From the NCBI GenBank assembly GCA_002718255.1, contig PBED01000028.1, positions 45,271 through 109,270 of the forward strand: 64,000 nt of DNA, given 5' to 3'. The notes beneath the pieces were generated by a model. It did not search any database. It was not told where the DNA came from and saw only the letters and a program-made list of their open reading frames with translations. This document shows positions 31,180-40,041 of the stretch, one piece after another. The DNA is from Marinobacter sp. Lineage in GTDB: Bacteria > Pseudomonadota > Gammaproteobacteria > Pseudomonadales > Oleiphilaceae. Each line of letters opens with the position of its first letter. Within the stretch, counting starts at the first letter, position 1. The translations under genes and the position numbers were made by a program.

Positions 31180-33003
31180 TTACATCTGGCGCTCGCCATA
31201 AAGTTGGGCGTACAGCCCTTCCCTGGCAATGAGCTCGTCGTGGTGACCCTCTTCAATAATCCGGCCATCTTCGAAAACACAGGCACGATCTGCCTGTTTT
31301 ACGGCGCTGAGGCGATGGGCAATGATCAGGGTGGTGCGCTGTTTGAGGAAGGCTTCAAGATCTCGATGGAGCTGAAACTCGGTTTCCGCATCCAGCGCCG
31401 AGGTGGCCTCATCCAGGATCACCACTGAAGGCTCTGACAGGATCATCCGGGCAATGGCCAGGCGTTGACGCTGTCCGCCCGACAGGCGCACGCCCTGTCG
31501 GCCGATAACGGTATCAAGCTGGTCGTGCATTGCCGCAACCGTGCCGTCTAATTGGGCGATTCGCAGGGCATCCCAGAGCGCAGCATCGGGCTTGTCCCGG
31601 CCAAGGGTCAGGTTCTGGCGAACGGTATCGTTGAACAGCGCCGGGTGCTGAAGCACGGTCGCGACATGTTCACGAAGGCAGGGCAAGCCAATGCGCTCAA
31701 CAGGCACTCCATCAATCAGCACCTCGCCCTGCTGCGGTGTGTACATGCCGAGGATGACCTGAATCAGAGTCGACTTGCCGCCACCGCTGGCGCCCACCAG
31801 GGCCACTTTTTCGCCGGGCGCCAACTCCAGATTGATGCCCCGGAGCACCTGCTCCTCGCCATAAGCGAAGTGGATATTGCGCAGGGTAAGCCCCACGGTA
31901 TGACGGTCGCGGAACGGGTTCTCCAGCGCCGGATAGCGGGGCTCTTCTTTCAGATCCAGCAACCGGTTGATACGCCCGAGCGCCGCATTGGCGGCGAACC
32001 AGGCGTACTGCATGTTGAGCATTTCCTGAACCGGCGTCAGCATGAACCAGAGGTAGCCGAAAATGGCGAACATCATGCCGATGCTCAGGTCGCTGAACAG
32101 CACGGTTACCATCGCGGCGGCCCGGAACGCGTCGACGCCGAACTGGAACAGGGCAAAACTGGCCCGGCTGGCTGCATCGCTGCGCCATTCGAACTGGATC
32201 GCGTGGTCCCGCACGTTGCGGGCGCGGTCGATCAGCTGGCGAAGGTAATGCTTTTCCCGATTAGCCGCCCGCAGTTGGTGAATCGCATCCAGGGTTTCGG
32301 TCAGGTCGCCCTGGAACTCTTCGTAAGCGCTGTTCTCCCGGCGCTTCAACTCCTTGACCCGCTTGCCGATCAGAATCGTGGCGAAGATGACCAGCGGATT
32401 GAACAGCAGAATGAGCAGGCCCAGCTCCCAGTGCACCCAGAGCAGGACCCCAGCCGTACCCAGCACCGTCAGGCTCGCCACCAGAAAACGGCTGATGGTG
32501 GTACCCAGAAACTGGTCTACGGTATCCAGATCGGTAATAAAGTGACTGCTGATTCCGCCAGAGCCGCGAGTCTCGTACTCGGACATGGCCACCCGCTGCA
32601 AACGTCCCAGAAGGCGGGACCGGATGCGGAACACCACATCCTTGGAAACCTTGGAAAATTCCCGGGACTGCAAAACGTTAAACGACAGTGCCGCCACACG
32701 AAGCAGAAATGCCACCACAACCATCAGGCCGATATAGACCACCGGTGTTTCCCAGCTCCCCGGCAGGAAGGAATCCATTACCGGTAACACCGGGCCAGGC
32801 TCGTCCAGCAGCACTTCATCCACCAGAACCGGCAGCAGCAGTGGCACCGGCACACTCATCACGGTGGCCATGATAGCCAGCAGATTGGCACGCACCAGTC
32901 TTGGCTTGTGCTTGAGCGCAAGCCCAAAGATATCCCGCCAGGTGTACTGCTGCCGGGTTTCGCGAGTATCGATACCGGTTACGCTGTTTTGCGGGTGTTC
33001 CAA
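31180..33003 (-). CDS. ABC exporter, fused permease and ATPase
   Basis: GASGGGKST, LSGGQRQR, ILDEATSALD, IAHRLS. Confidence 0.93.
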   Translation of the reverse strand: MEHPQNSVTGIDTRETRQQYTWRDIFGLALKHKPRLVRANLLAIMATVMSVPVPLLLPVLVDEVLLDEPGPVLPVMDSFLPGSWETPVVYIGLMVVVAFLLRVAALSFNVLQSREFSKVSKDVVFRIRSRLLGRLQRVAMSEYETRGSGGISSHFITDLDTVDQFLGTTISRFLVASLTVLGTAGVLLWVHWELGLLILLFNPLVIFATILIGKRVKELKRRENSAYEEFQGDLTETLDAIHQLRAANREKHYLRQLIDRARNVRDHAIQFEWRSDAASRASFALFQFGVDAFRAAAMVTVLFSDLSIGMMFAIFGYLWFMLTPVQEMLNMQYAWFAANAALGRINRLLDLKEEPRYPALENPFRDRHTVGLTLRNIHFAYGEEQVLRGINLELAPGEKVALVGASGGGKSTLIQVILGMYTPQQGEVLIDGVPVERIGLPCLREHVATVLQHPALFNDTVRQNLTLGRDKPDAALWDALRIAQLDGTVAAMHDQLDTVIGRQGVRLSGGQRQRLAIARMILSEPSVVILDEATSALDAETEFQLHRDLEAFLKQRTTLIIAHRLSAVKQADRACVFEDGRIIEEGHHDELIAREGLYAQLYGERQM

Positions 33004-33147
33004 GCAACCTCCGGAGAATCAGATGTGCCCGGTTGGATACGCCCGGGAACTGACAATAGTCTACCTGTTAACTGGTTTGCTGCGATCAAAACCGACATCT
33101 GTCATCATGAGCCAACGATTTTCTGATGGACCAGGACACAAGCACCT

Positions 33148-34602
33148 GTGAAACACGATTGCCACTATCACCCCGGCGACCCTGCCAAATGGCACTGCGG
33201 GGAGTGCCAGATTCACTACTGCAGCCGCTGCATGCCCGACGCCGATACCCGACAGCGTCGGGCCCTGTGTCCGCACTGCAGCAAGGCCATGCGATACCTG
33301 GGCGCCGCCACCGAAGTGGTCCCGTTCTGGCAGCGACTCGGCGCGTTCTTCCGCTACCCGTTCCATACCGATCCGCTGATCGTGATCGCCATCTGTACCC
33401 TGGTGCCGGTAGTCGCCCCCGCCAACCTGATCGGCATTCTGATCTGGCTGGTGCTGGCGCTTGCGCTCTTCAAGTACACCTATGCGGTGATCAACCACAC
33501 CGCTGAAGGCCACCTGAAACCGCCCGCCGTGTCCGTCGCCTTCACCGGCAGCGGGTTTGATATTGTCATCCTGCAGTTGCTGGTCTTCGTGCTGATGGGC
33601 GGGCTGGTTAGCGCGGCTGCCATGCTCGGCGGCCCGATCCTGATGCTGCTGGCGCTGGCATTTGTCATCCTGGCACTGCCGGCAAGCATCATGGTGCTGG
33701 CCATGGAGCGCTCGGTGGGCGCGGCGGTGAATCCGATGAATCTGGCGGTGCTGATCTCGCGAATCGGCACCCCCTATTTCCTGCTCTACGGTTACCTGAT
33801 CCTGCTCACCCTTGCCTCTGGCGCGGCCCAGGACTTCGCCGTTAATCACTTCCCGTTCTGGGTCGCCCAGCCCCTAGCCGGCTTCCTGAACAGTACCTTC
33901 ACACTGATCCTGTTCCACATGCTGGGCTACCTGCTGTTCCAGTATCAGGAAGAGCTGGGATTCGCCTCGGATATCCAAGATGAAACCGCCGGGCAGGACA
34001 CCCACCAGCGAGACCGCACCGCTCGCTTTGATGCCGATATCGACATGAACCTGAAAGACGGCAACTACGATCGGGTGCAAAGCATGTTGAAGGAAGCTTT
34101 GAAGCGGGACCGTGATAACGCCCTGAGAATCGGCCAGCTGTACCAGCTACTGACGGCCCGCCAGGACACCGACGAACTCTACCGTTACCACCCGCGCATT
34201 CTGGGCTGGCTGGCCGATCGCAACGACGGAGAGGGCATTGCCGGTGTTCTGGCTACGCTCCAGCAGGCAGAATCCGGTTTCAAGCTGGAGGATCCGGACC
34301 TGTCGGTGCGCTGCGCCCGGGCCCTGTACCACCGGGGCCAGTTCAAACCGGCCTTGCGAGTGCTTCAGGATTTCCACAAACGCTTCCCGGACAGCGAACA
34401 GCTGGCCCCAGCCTATCTGCTGGTCGCCCAGACCCTGGCCAACGGCTTGTCCCAGTGGGAAAAAGCGACGGCTTTCCTGACGTTTATTCAGAAAAAATGC
34501 GTGAATCATCCGCTGCATGAGCAGATTTCGGTTTATCTGCAGCAGGCGCAGAATAAAGAGCCGCTGAAGGGACCGAAAGCAACGTTTTCTGCCCAGGACT
34601 GA
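33148..34602 (+). CDS. B-box zinc finger membrane protein with TPR-like C-terminus
   Basis: CHYHP...CGEC...CSRC...CPHC; about 6 TM helices; helical repeat tail. Confidence 0.75.
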   Translation: MKHDCHYHPGDPAKWHCGECQIHYCSRCMPDADTRQRRALCPHCSKAMRYLGAATEVVPFWQRLGAFFRYPFHTDPLIVIAICTLVPVVAPANLIGILIWLVLALALFKYTYAVINHTAEGHLKPPAVSVAFTGSGFDIVILQLLVFVLMGGLVSAAAMLGGPILMLLALAFVILALPASIMVLAMERSVGAAVNPMNLAVLISRIGTPYFLLYGYLILLTLASGAAQDFAVNHFPFWVAQPLAGFLNSTFTLILFHMLGYLLFQYQEELGFASDIQDETAGQDTHQRDRTARFDADIDMNLKDGNYDRVQSMLKEALKRDRDNALRIGQLYQLLTARQDTDELYRYHPRILGWLADRNDGEGIAGVLATLQQAESGFKLEDPDLSVRCARALYHRGQFKPALRVLQDFHKRFPDSEQLAPAYLLVAQTLANGLSQWEKATAFLTFIQKKCVNHPLHEQISVYLQQAQNKEPLKGPKATFSAQD

Positions 34603-34603
34603 C

Positions 34604-34712
34604 GCAGGGTATGGGAGGGGCTTCCCAAAACCGTGCGGAGCCATGGATGGCGGAGCCGAGCGTACAGGGACGTATTCACAGCGTGTTTTGGGAAGCCCCT
34701 CCCATACCCTGC
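34604..34712. repeat. Palindromic ~109-bp REP/MITE-like element, copy 2
   Basis: Perfect 28-bp arms 34604-34631 and 34685-34712; same core as copy 1 on the opposite strand. Confidence 0.8.
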
Positions 34713-34722
34713 TGCCCCGAGG

Positions 34723-36171
34723 CTAGCCGGCCTGAAGAAGTTGACGATAATGACGAGCTTTGGGTGCCATCTGACGCTTCTCAAACTCTTCCACCAGCAA
34801 CCGACAGGCCTCGGTTGTCAGCATGTCATCGCCGGTGCTCCTGAGCCGCTCGAAAGCTTTCTCGGCAGCCTTGAGATCATGCTGTTTGAGACTGGTGAAG
34901 AGCACCCGGTTATGATCCTCTGCAGCGAGCGGCTGATAACTCTCCCCCTTGCCGAGGTATTCCTGCCAAATCGCAATCATCTGCTCTGGCTGGCGCCGGC
35001 TGAGGGCATCGTTCATCAGCTCTTTGGCGCGATCACGATATTCGGGCAAGTCCGGGCGGAGTTTGGCCAACTGGTAAAGGTGTTCCAGCAGAATATGGCG
35101 TTCCGGATAGTGCTCACGAAGAGCCTCGAATTGCCGCCGGGCCAGATCGAACTCCATTCGGCCGAGGCTGGCCATGGCCTGGGCGTAACCGGTGGTAAAC
35201 CGGGCATCCTGCTCTTCCTCTTCCGGTTCAAAAAATTCCTCTCGCACCTGCAGCCAGCTTTTGCCAAGCAGCCAGACCAGACCGGCACCTGCGATCAGAC
35301 CGCCAGCGTGGGCCATGTAGGCGATACCGGTGGCACCGGCATACCAGTAATCGTAGATTTCCTTGCCCACCCATACCGGTAACAGAGCAATAGCCGGAGC
35401 ACGGAAATAGTTGAAGTAAACGCCGAGAAAGTAGAAGAAACGGATCTTCTGCAGGCCATAGATGGCTACGTACATGCCCATCAGGCCAGAGATCGAGCCC
35501 GAGGCACCCACCAGGGGTACATAGCTACCCGCCGAAACCGCGGTAAACATCAGGCCGGACAAGGCACCGCAAACCAGGTAGGCAATCAGGTACCGACCCG
35601 GCCCCAGGGCTTTCTCAACGGTGAATCCCAGTAGGAACAGGAAGATCAGGTTACCGATGATGTGGCCCCAGCCGCCGTGCAGAAACTGGTAGGTGATCAG
35701 GGTATACAGTGACAGATCGGCAGGAACCAGTCCCAACTGGTTGGCACTCAGCTTCTGGATGTACTGCTGCTCTATCGCAGTACGCTGCTCCTGCCAACGG
35801 GCCCTTTCTGTCGGCGCCCAGATCACATCACGGTTCTGCAGCAGATACTGGTAGAACTCCCGGTCCATCATCAGATTGATGGCCAGCCAGAAGGTTTCGG
35901 TCTCTTCCCGGAGTTGCTGAAACTGCTGTAGTTCGTATACCCGGCCTTCTTCACCCTGGAACTGGATTTGCCGTTGCAGGTAATCCTCGTAGGCCGGCGC
36001 CTCCAGCTCATGTAGGTCGGCGGCCAGGTACTGTTCAACGGCCTGCTCGAGTTTCCGGCTGTCGTCCCCCTGATAAAACAGGAAAACCAGCAGGCAGGCC
36101 ATGATCAGGCCCAGGGTGACCCAGGGCGGGCGTTTCCAGTTGATGGCGTTCTCGGCGGGGATAATCAGCAT
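34723..36171 (-). CDS. Rhomboid family intramembrane serine protease with TPR-like tail
   Basis: FLHGGWGHIIGN, VGASGSISG (Ser), AHAGG (His). Confidence 0.92.
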   Translation of the reverse strand: MLIIPAENAINWKRPPWVTLGLIMACLLVFLFYQGDDSRKLEQAVEQYLAADLHELEAPAYEDYLQRQIQFQGEEGRVYELQQFQQLREETETFWLAINLMMDREFYQYLLQNRDVIWAPTERARWQEQRTAIEQQYIQKLSANQLGLVPADLSLYTLITYQFLHGGWGHIIGNLIFLFLLGFTVEKALGPGRYLIAYLVCGALSGLMFTAVSAGSYVPLVGASGSISGLMGMYVAIYGLQKIRFFYFLGVYFNYFRAPAIALLPVWVGKEIYDYWYAGATGIAYMAHAGGLIAGAGLVWLLGKSWLQVREEFFEPEEEEQDARFTTGYAQAMASLGRMEFDLARRQFEALREHYPERHILLEHLYQLAKLRPDLPEYRDRAKELMNDALSRRQPEQMIAIWQEYLGKGESYQPLAAEDHNRVLFTSLKQHDLKAAEKAFERLRSTGDDMLTTEACRLLVEEFEKRQMAPKARHYRQLLQAG

Positions 36172-36493
36172 GGGCGGTCACAATTCATCATAATCTGTCC
36201 CTGAAAGTCTGCTTTTTACCACAGCCACGCCTTCTTTTCGCGCTCAAATGGAATCCAGCGCAAAGGTCGCTATGGGTCAATCCCGGAAATGTGGCACACC
36301 CCACAGAGTCGGAAAAGCCCGGACTACCGGTGAGACTGTCATTGGCGCGTCACACAAATGACATTAAATCATTTCCAGCGACGGACTGTGCCGGGACATG
36401 TATCGACTTTTCGCCAATTGCCGTTATTCCTGCTCCGGCCAATAGTGAACAGGAATAACAAGAAAAACCGGATACCGAACCAAGGATTTTCAG

Positions 36494-36934
36494 ATGACCG
36501 TACTTGTATTGGATAACCCGGGCCTGATCGCCAATGCTGCGATGGCCGCAGGCTTCACCGCTGCCACTTACGATGCCGGGACCAGACGCCCGCACCGCAT
36601 GAAGTTCCATTACGGCTTCAACAAGCACTCACTGGACAAGGATGACATTGCCTTCCTGCAACAGCACGCCGCCTACCTGAAGGAGCATCCTTCCGTGAGC
36701 GTGCGGATTCATGGCCATTCCGACAACTTCGGTTCGGAGGATTACAACCAGTTTCTGTCACGATTGCGGGCCAATGCAGTGGCGCGAAATCTCATTCAGG
36801 AAGGCGTGGAGGAATCCCGGATTCTAATGCGGCACTGGGGCTCAGCGCGCCCTCTGGCAACGCCGGAAGACAGGGCTGCCAACCGCCGAGTAGAACTGGA
36901 ATACATGGACATGGATGTCGCCCAGGCACTCTGA
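36494..36934 (+). CDS. Stand-alone OmpA_C domain protein (possibly PdsO-like)
   Basis: GHSD...YNQFLSRLRA...NRRVE; no clear signal peptide. Confidence 0.8.
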   Translation: MTVLVLDNPGLIANAAMAAGFTAATYDAGTRRPHRMKFHYGFNKHSLDKDDIAFLQQHAAYLKEHPSVSVRIHGHSDNFGSEDYNQFLSRLRANAVARNLIQEGVEESRILMRHWGSARPLATPEDRAANRRVELEYMDMDVAQAL

Positions 36935-37242
36935 GCGGCAACACCAACCCCATAGACCGCCCCCGGACTTACCGCATAGCGGGGGCTGGATGCACCCTGC
37001 ACAGGCGTGATGGAACACCCTGCAACCGCTGTCGGCGGCTTTTATGAAATCTTAATTATTCCGATTTCTGAAGCGGTAAACGGATCAATTTCATTAAAAC
37101 TGAAAATTATTATTCAATAAAAACAATACTTTATTTACAAACTAGAAAGCAAACTTACATTTATTTAACGAACCTTTTGCCCGAATTCCTCGTCTTAGTC
37201 ATGTATCCAGGGTTTAACTGTTACCTGACTAGAGAGGTCACT

Positions 37243-37896
37243 ATGAACGCAAAAGCCTTCACCACTGCCGCACTCATTGGTTCGATGTTCCTTGCCAGCG
37301 CCACATTCGCTGCAGGCGGTCCGCGCAACAGCGACGGCGGGGGTCGATCGGCAGAAACTGCCGATTCGGAAGATCTGACCACCATTGAGGTGAGCGATCT
37401 GCAGTTCATGCGCGAAGAGGAAAAGCTGGCCCGAGACGTTTATCTCACAATGGACCAGTACTGGGGCGACAGAACGCAGGTATTCGCAAGAATCGCGCTG
37501 TCCGAAGAATCCCATACCAGCACCGTAGACTACCTGTTGAAAAAGTTTGATGTTGAAGACCCGGTAGTGAATGACACGATCGGCGTATTCACCAATCAGG
37601 AACTTCAGGCCCTGTATGACGAATTGGTTGCCAAAGGAAAAAACTCGTTTGTTGATGGCCTGTTCGTAGGGGGCCTGATCGAAGAGAAGGATATGAGAGA
37701 TATTCTGGCTGCGATTAATCAAACCGATGAGCGCGCCATCATTCTTGCCTATTCCAACCTGCTGGATGGCTCAAAAAGCCACCTGAAAGCCTTTGTAAGC
37801 GTGATCGAGGCACAGGGACTGACCTATGAGCCTCAGGTACTGGATGCGGAAGAAGTAGAGCTTATCCTGGAGGATGAGAGCCAGGTTGAAGACTGA
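37243..37896 (+). CDS. DUF2202 family exported ferritin-like protein
   Basis: Signal peptide; MREEEKLARDVY, SEESH, IEEKD, GSKSHL. Confidence 0.85.
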   Translation: MNAKAFTTAALIGSMFLASATFAAGGPRNSDGGGRSAETADSEDLTTIEVSDLQFMREEEKLARDVYLTMDQYWGDRTQVFARIALSEESHTSTVDYLLKKFDVEDPVVNDTIGVFTNQELQALYDELVAKGKNSFVDGLFVGGLIEEKDMRDILAAINQTDERAIILAYSNLLDGSKSHLKAFVSVIEAQGLTYEPQVLDAEEVELILEDESQVED

Positions 37897-37924
37897 CCGG
37901 TTATAAAACCGGGTTGCTGAAAGC

Positions 37925-37957
37925 AGAACGGGCGGCCATTGGCCGCCCGTTCTTTTC
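37925..37957 (+). terminator. Intrinsic terminator
   Basis: AGAACGGGCGGCCA-T-TGGCCGCCCGTTCT followed by TTT. Confidence 0.8.
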
Positions 37958-37961
37958 TGGT

Positions 37962-38363
37962 CTAGCCATAAACCTGCCAGACGTTCCACAACAGCAATAA
38001 GGCTGTCACCAGAATCGCCAGCCAGGTCAGCAGAATGCCGATCATACGGGCCCAATGGGTGCCACCGCGACCGTTGATCATGCCGAAGGCATGAAGAATG
38101 CGGCCAACCACCAGCGCCATACCGGTCCAGTAAATCAGAGTACTGGAAACGCCGTTGAGCTCAGCGATAGCCAGCATGAGCAGACCGAGTGGCGCATACT
38201 CCACCAGGTTGGCGTGGGCCCGGACCGCGGCCTCGAAATCCCGATCATCGGTGACGCCCAGGCCCTTTTTGTACTTCAGACGAAATTTGACGACCTGCGC
38301 CGACAACACCAGCAAAAGAATGCCGATAACTGCGGCAAACACTCCGGTTACGGGTACGATCAT
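37962..38363 (-). CDS. MAPEG family membrane protein
   Basis: RAHANLVEY, GRILHAFG. Confidence 0.88.
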   Translation of the reverse strand: MIVPVTGVFAAVIGILLLVLSAQVVKFRLKYKKGLGVTDDRDFEAAVRAHANLVEYAPLGLLMLAIAELNGVSSTLIYWTGMALVVGRILHAFGMINGRGGTHWARMIGILLTWLAILVTALLLLWNVWQVYG

Positions 38364-38365
38364 GC

Positions 38366-38608
38366 TCAGGCCTTCTTGATTGCACTAACAATAGCGAGAA
38401 GCAACACAGCGCCTACCGTTGCGGTGACCAGCTCACCAACAGCACCCTGGGCCGCCAGACCGAGAAGGCGGAACACAAAACCGCCGAGAAACGAGCCGAC
38501 AATACCGATACCGATGTTGGCCAGAATGCCAAAACCACGGCCCTTCATGATCAAACCAGCCAGCCAACCGGCCACACCGCCTATAATCAAAAACAAAATC
38601 AGATTCAT
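38366..38608 (-). CDS. GlsB/YeaQ/YmgE family membrane protein
   Basis: IIGGVAGWLAG, GIVGSFLGG, GAVLLL. Confidence 0.88.
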   Translation of the reverse strand: MNLILFLIIGGVAGWLAGLIMKGRGFGILANIGIGIVGSFLGGFVFRLLGLAAQGAVGELVTATVGAVLLLAIVSAIKKA

Positions 38609-38703
38609 CTCTTGCCTCTCCCTGAGGGTCGTTGAACGAAACGATCAGTCCCGCAAGACTGCCCTGTTTACCGAAGTGCTTCAAGCACTTCCAGACGAGG
38701 CGA

Positions 38704-39402
38704 TTACAATGTGGCAATCGTCTCCGACATTTTTTTGTGGCAACGCTCGATCAGCTCCGGAATATCATCAGCCGTGAGACCCTCGGTTTCGATGGGCGGT
38801 AAAACCCGAATGGCCACTGACTCACGCCGGCCGGTCCAGCCGACGGCCTCATCGGCGTACTCCTGAACACAGACCATGGTGATGGGCGCGCCCGATGCTA
38901 CCGCTGCGTGAAACGCGCCTTTCTTGAATTTCTGCAGTCCCCGGCCTCTGCTGCGAGTGCCTTCGGGGAACACCCAGAGGCTCTTTCGATCCCGTGCGAT
39001 GGCGCTGCTGGTAGCCTTCATGACCGCGATAGCCTTGTGGGAGCGCCCGCGATTGAGGATAACGTTACCGCCCAGCCAGAAGACCTGGCCAAAGAAAGGC
39101 ACCCATACCAGTGACGATTTACCGACCGTTACGGTGCGCGGCGGCAACAGGTCGCCCACAACAAACAGATCATCATTGTGCTGGTGGTTGGCAATAACAA
39201 CGGTGGGCCGATCCTGCGGCATGTTTTCCCAGCCCTCCAACGGTCGCTCCATACCCAGCACTGCCCGACCGAAACGGGCCACTGCACGCGCCAGGAAACG
39301 GTTGTTATCCGGATTGAACGGCCTGGCCGCGTAGAACACCAGCGCGAACAGGCAGATGATCGGCACGCTCAGCCACGCCAGCAGTTTTCTGATAATACCC
39401 AT
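38704..39402 (-). CDS. plsC: 1-acyl-sn-glycerol-3-phosphate acyltransferase
   Basis: ANHQHNDD, FPEGTRS, FKKGAF. Confidence 0.9.
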   Translation of the reverse strand: MGIIRKLLAWLSVPIICLFALVFYAARPFNPDNNRFLARAVARFGRAVLGMERPLEGWENMPQDRPTVVIANHQHNDDLFVVGDLLPPRTVTVGKSSLVWVPFFGQVFWLGGNVILNRGRSHKAIAVMKATSSAIARDRKSLWVFPEGTRSRGRGLQKFKKGAFHAAVASGAPITMVCVQEYADEAVGWTGRRESVAIRVLPPIETEGLTADDIPELIERCHKKMSETIATL

Positions 39403-39450
39403 GCAACCAAACTCTGCAGCCAAATTTTGGCGCACAAGTGTACGCCAACT

Positions 39451-40041
39451 TTATATTCCGGCAACAGTGTCAATTTGTTCCCTTTGCTTGCCCTTTACCG
39501 AGGCTCTGACGACGTATCGCAGTGGCCCACCGGCGTCGACACTGTCGAACGGGTAACAGGTCACCAGCAGAAGCGTCCCCTCTGGCAGACGCTGGGTATC
39601 AATCAGCTCTGAGCGACTGTCCACCACCCGGGCACCCTCAACGAGGTAACTCTGCCAACGGCCATCCCGGCCTTGCAGGCGAACCTCATTGCCGGTCTCC
39701 AGCGCTTTAAGGCTCCGGAAATGGGTATCCCGATGTCCGGCAATGATCACGGCTCCGCCAGGATCTTCACTACCGGTTAACCGACCCGGCCCAAATGCCA
39801 GACTCTCGGCGTGGGTATCGGCCAGAACAATCATCGTGTCGTTCAGCTCCGGAATAGCCAGGCGAGCCACCGGCCAGGTATCCGCCCAGGGCCAGGGCCG
39901 CGATTCCGTCTGCCGGGCCTGACTTTCCGCCCAGGCCATCTCCAGTAATTCCTGGGCAATAACCGCCTTGAGCGGAATCCATAACCCGAATACCAACAAG
40001 GTAGCAGAGCTGGTCAATAACAGTAACAGGAGCCTTGTCAT
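39451..40041 (-). CDS. Sortase, class GN (marine proteobacterial type)
   Basis: PWPWADTWPVA, LAFGPG, AGHRDTHF, LVTCYPF, LRY. Confidence 0.93.
   Translation of the reverse strand: MTRLLLLLLTSSATLLVFGLWIPLKAVIAQELLEMAWAESQARQTESRPWPWADTWPVARLAIPELNDTMIVLADTHAESLAFGPGRLTGSEDPGGAVIIAGHRDTHFRSLKALETGNEVRLQGRDGRWQSYLVEGARVVDSRSELIDTQRLPEGTLLLVTCYPFDSVDAGGPLRYVVRASVKGKQREQIDTVAGI

Noticed and set aside
31552-32787. 411-aa + strand ORF
   Set aside because: Antisense to the ABC exporter.
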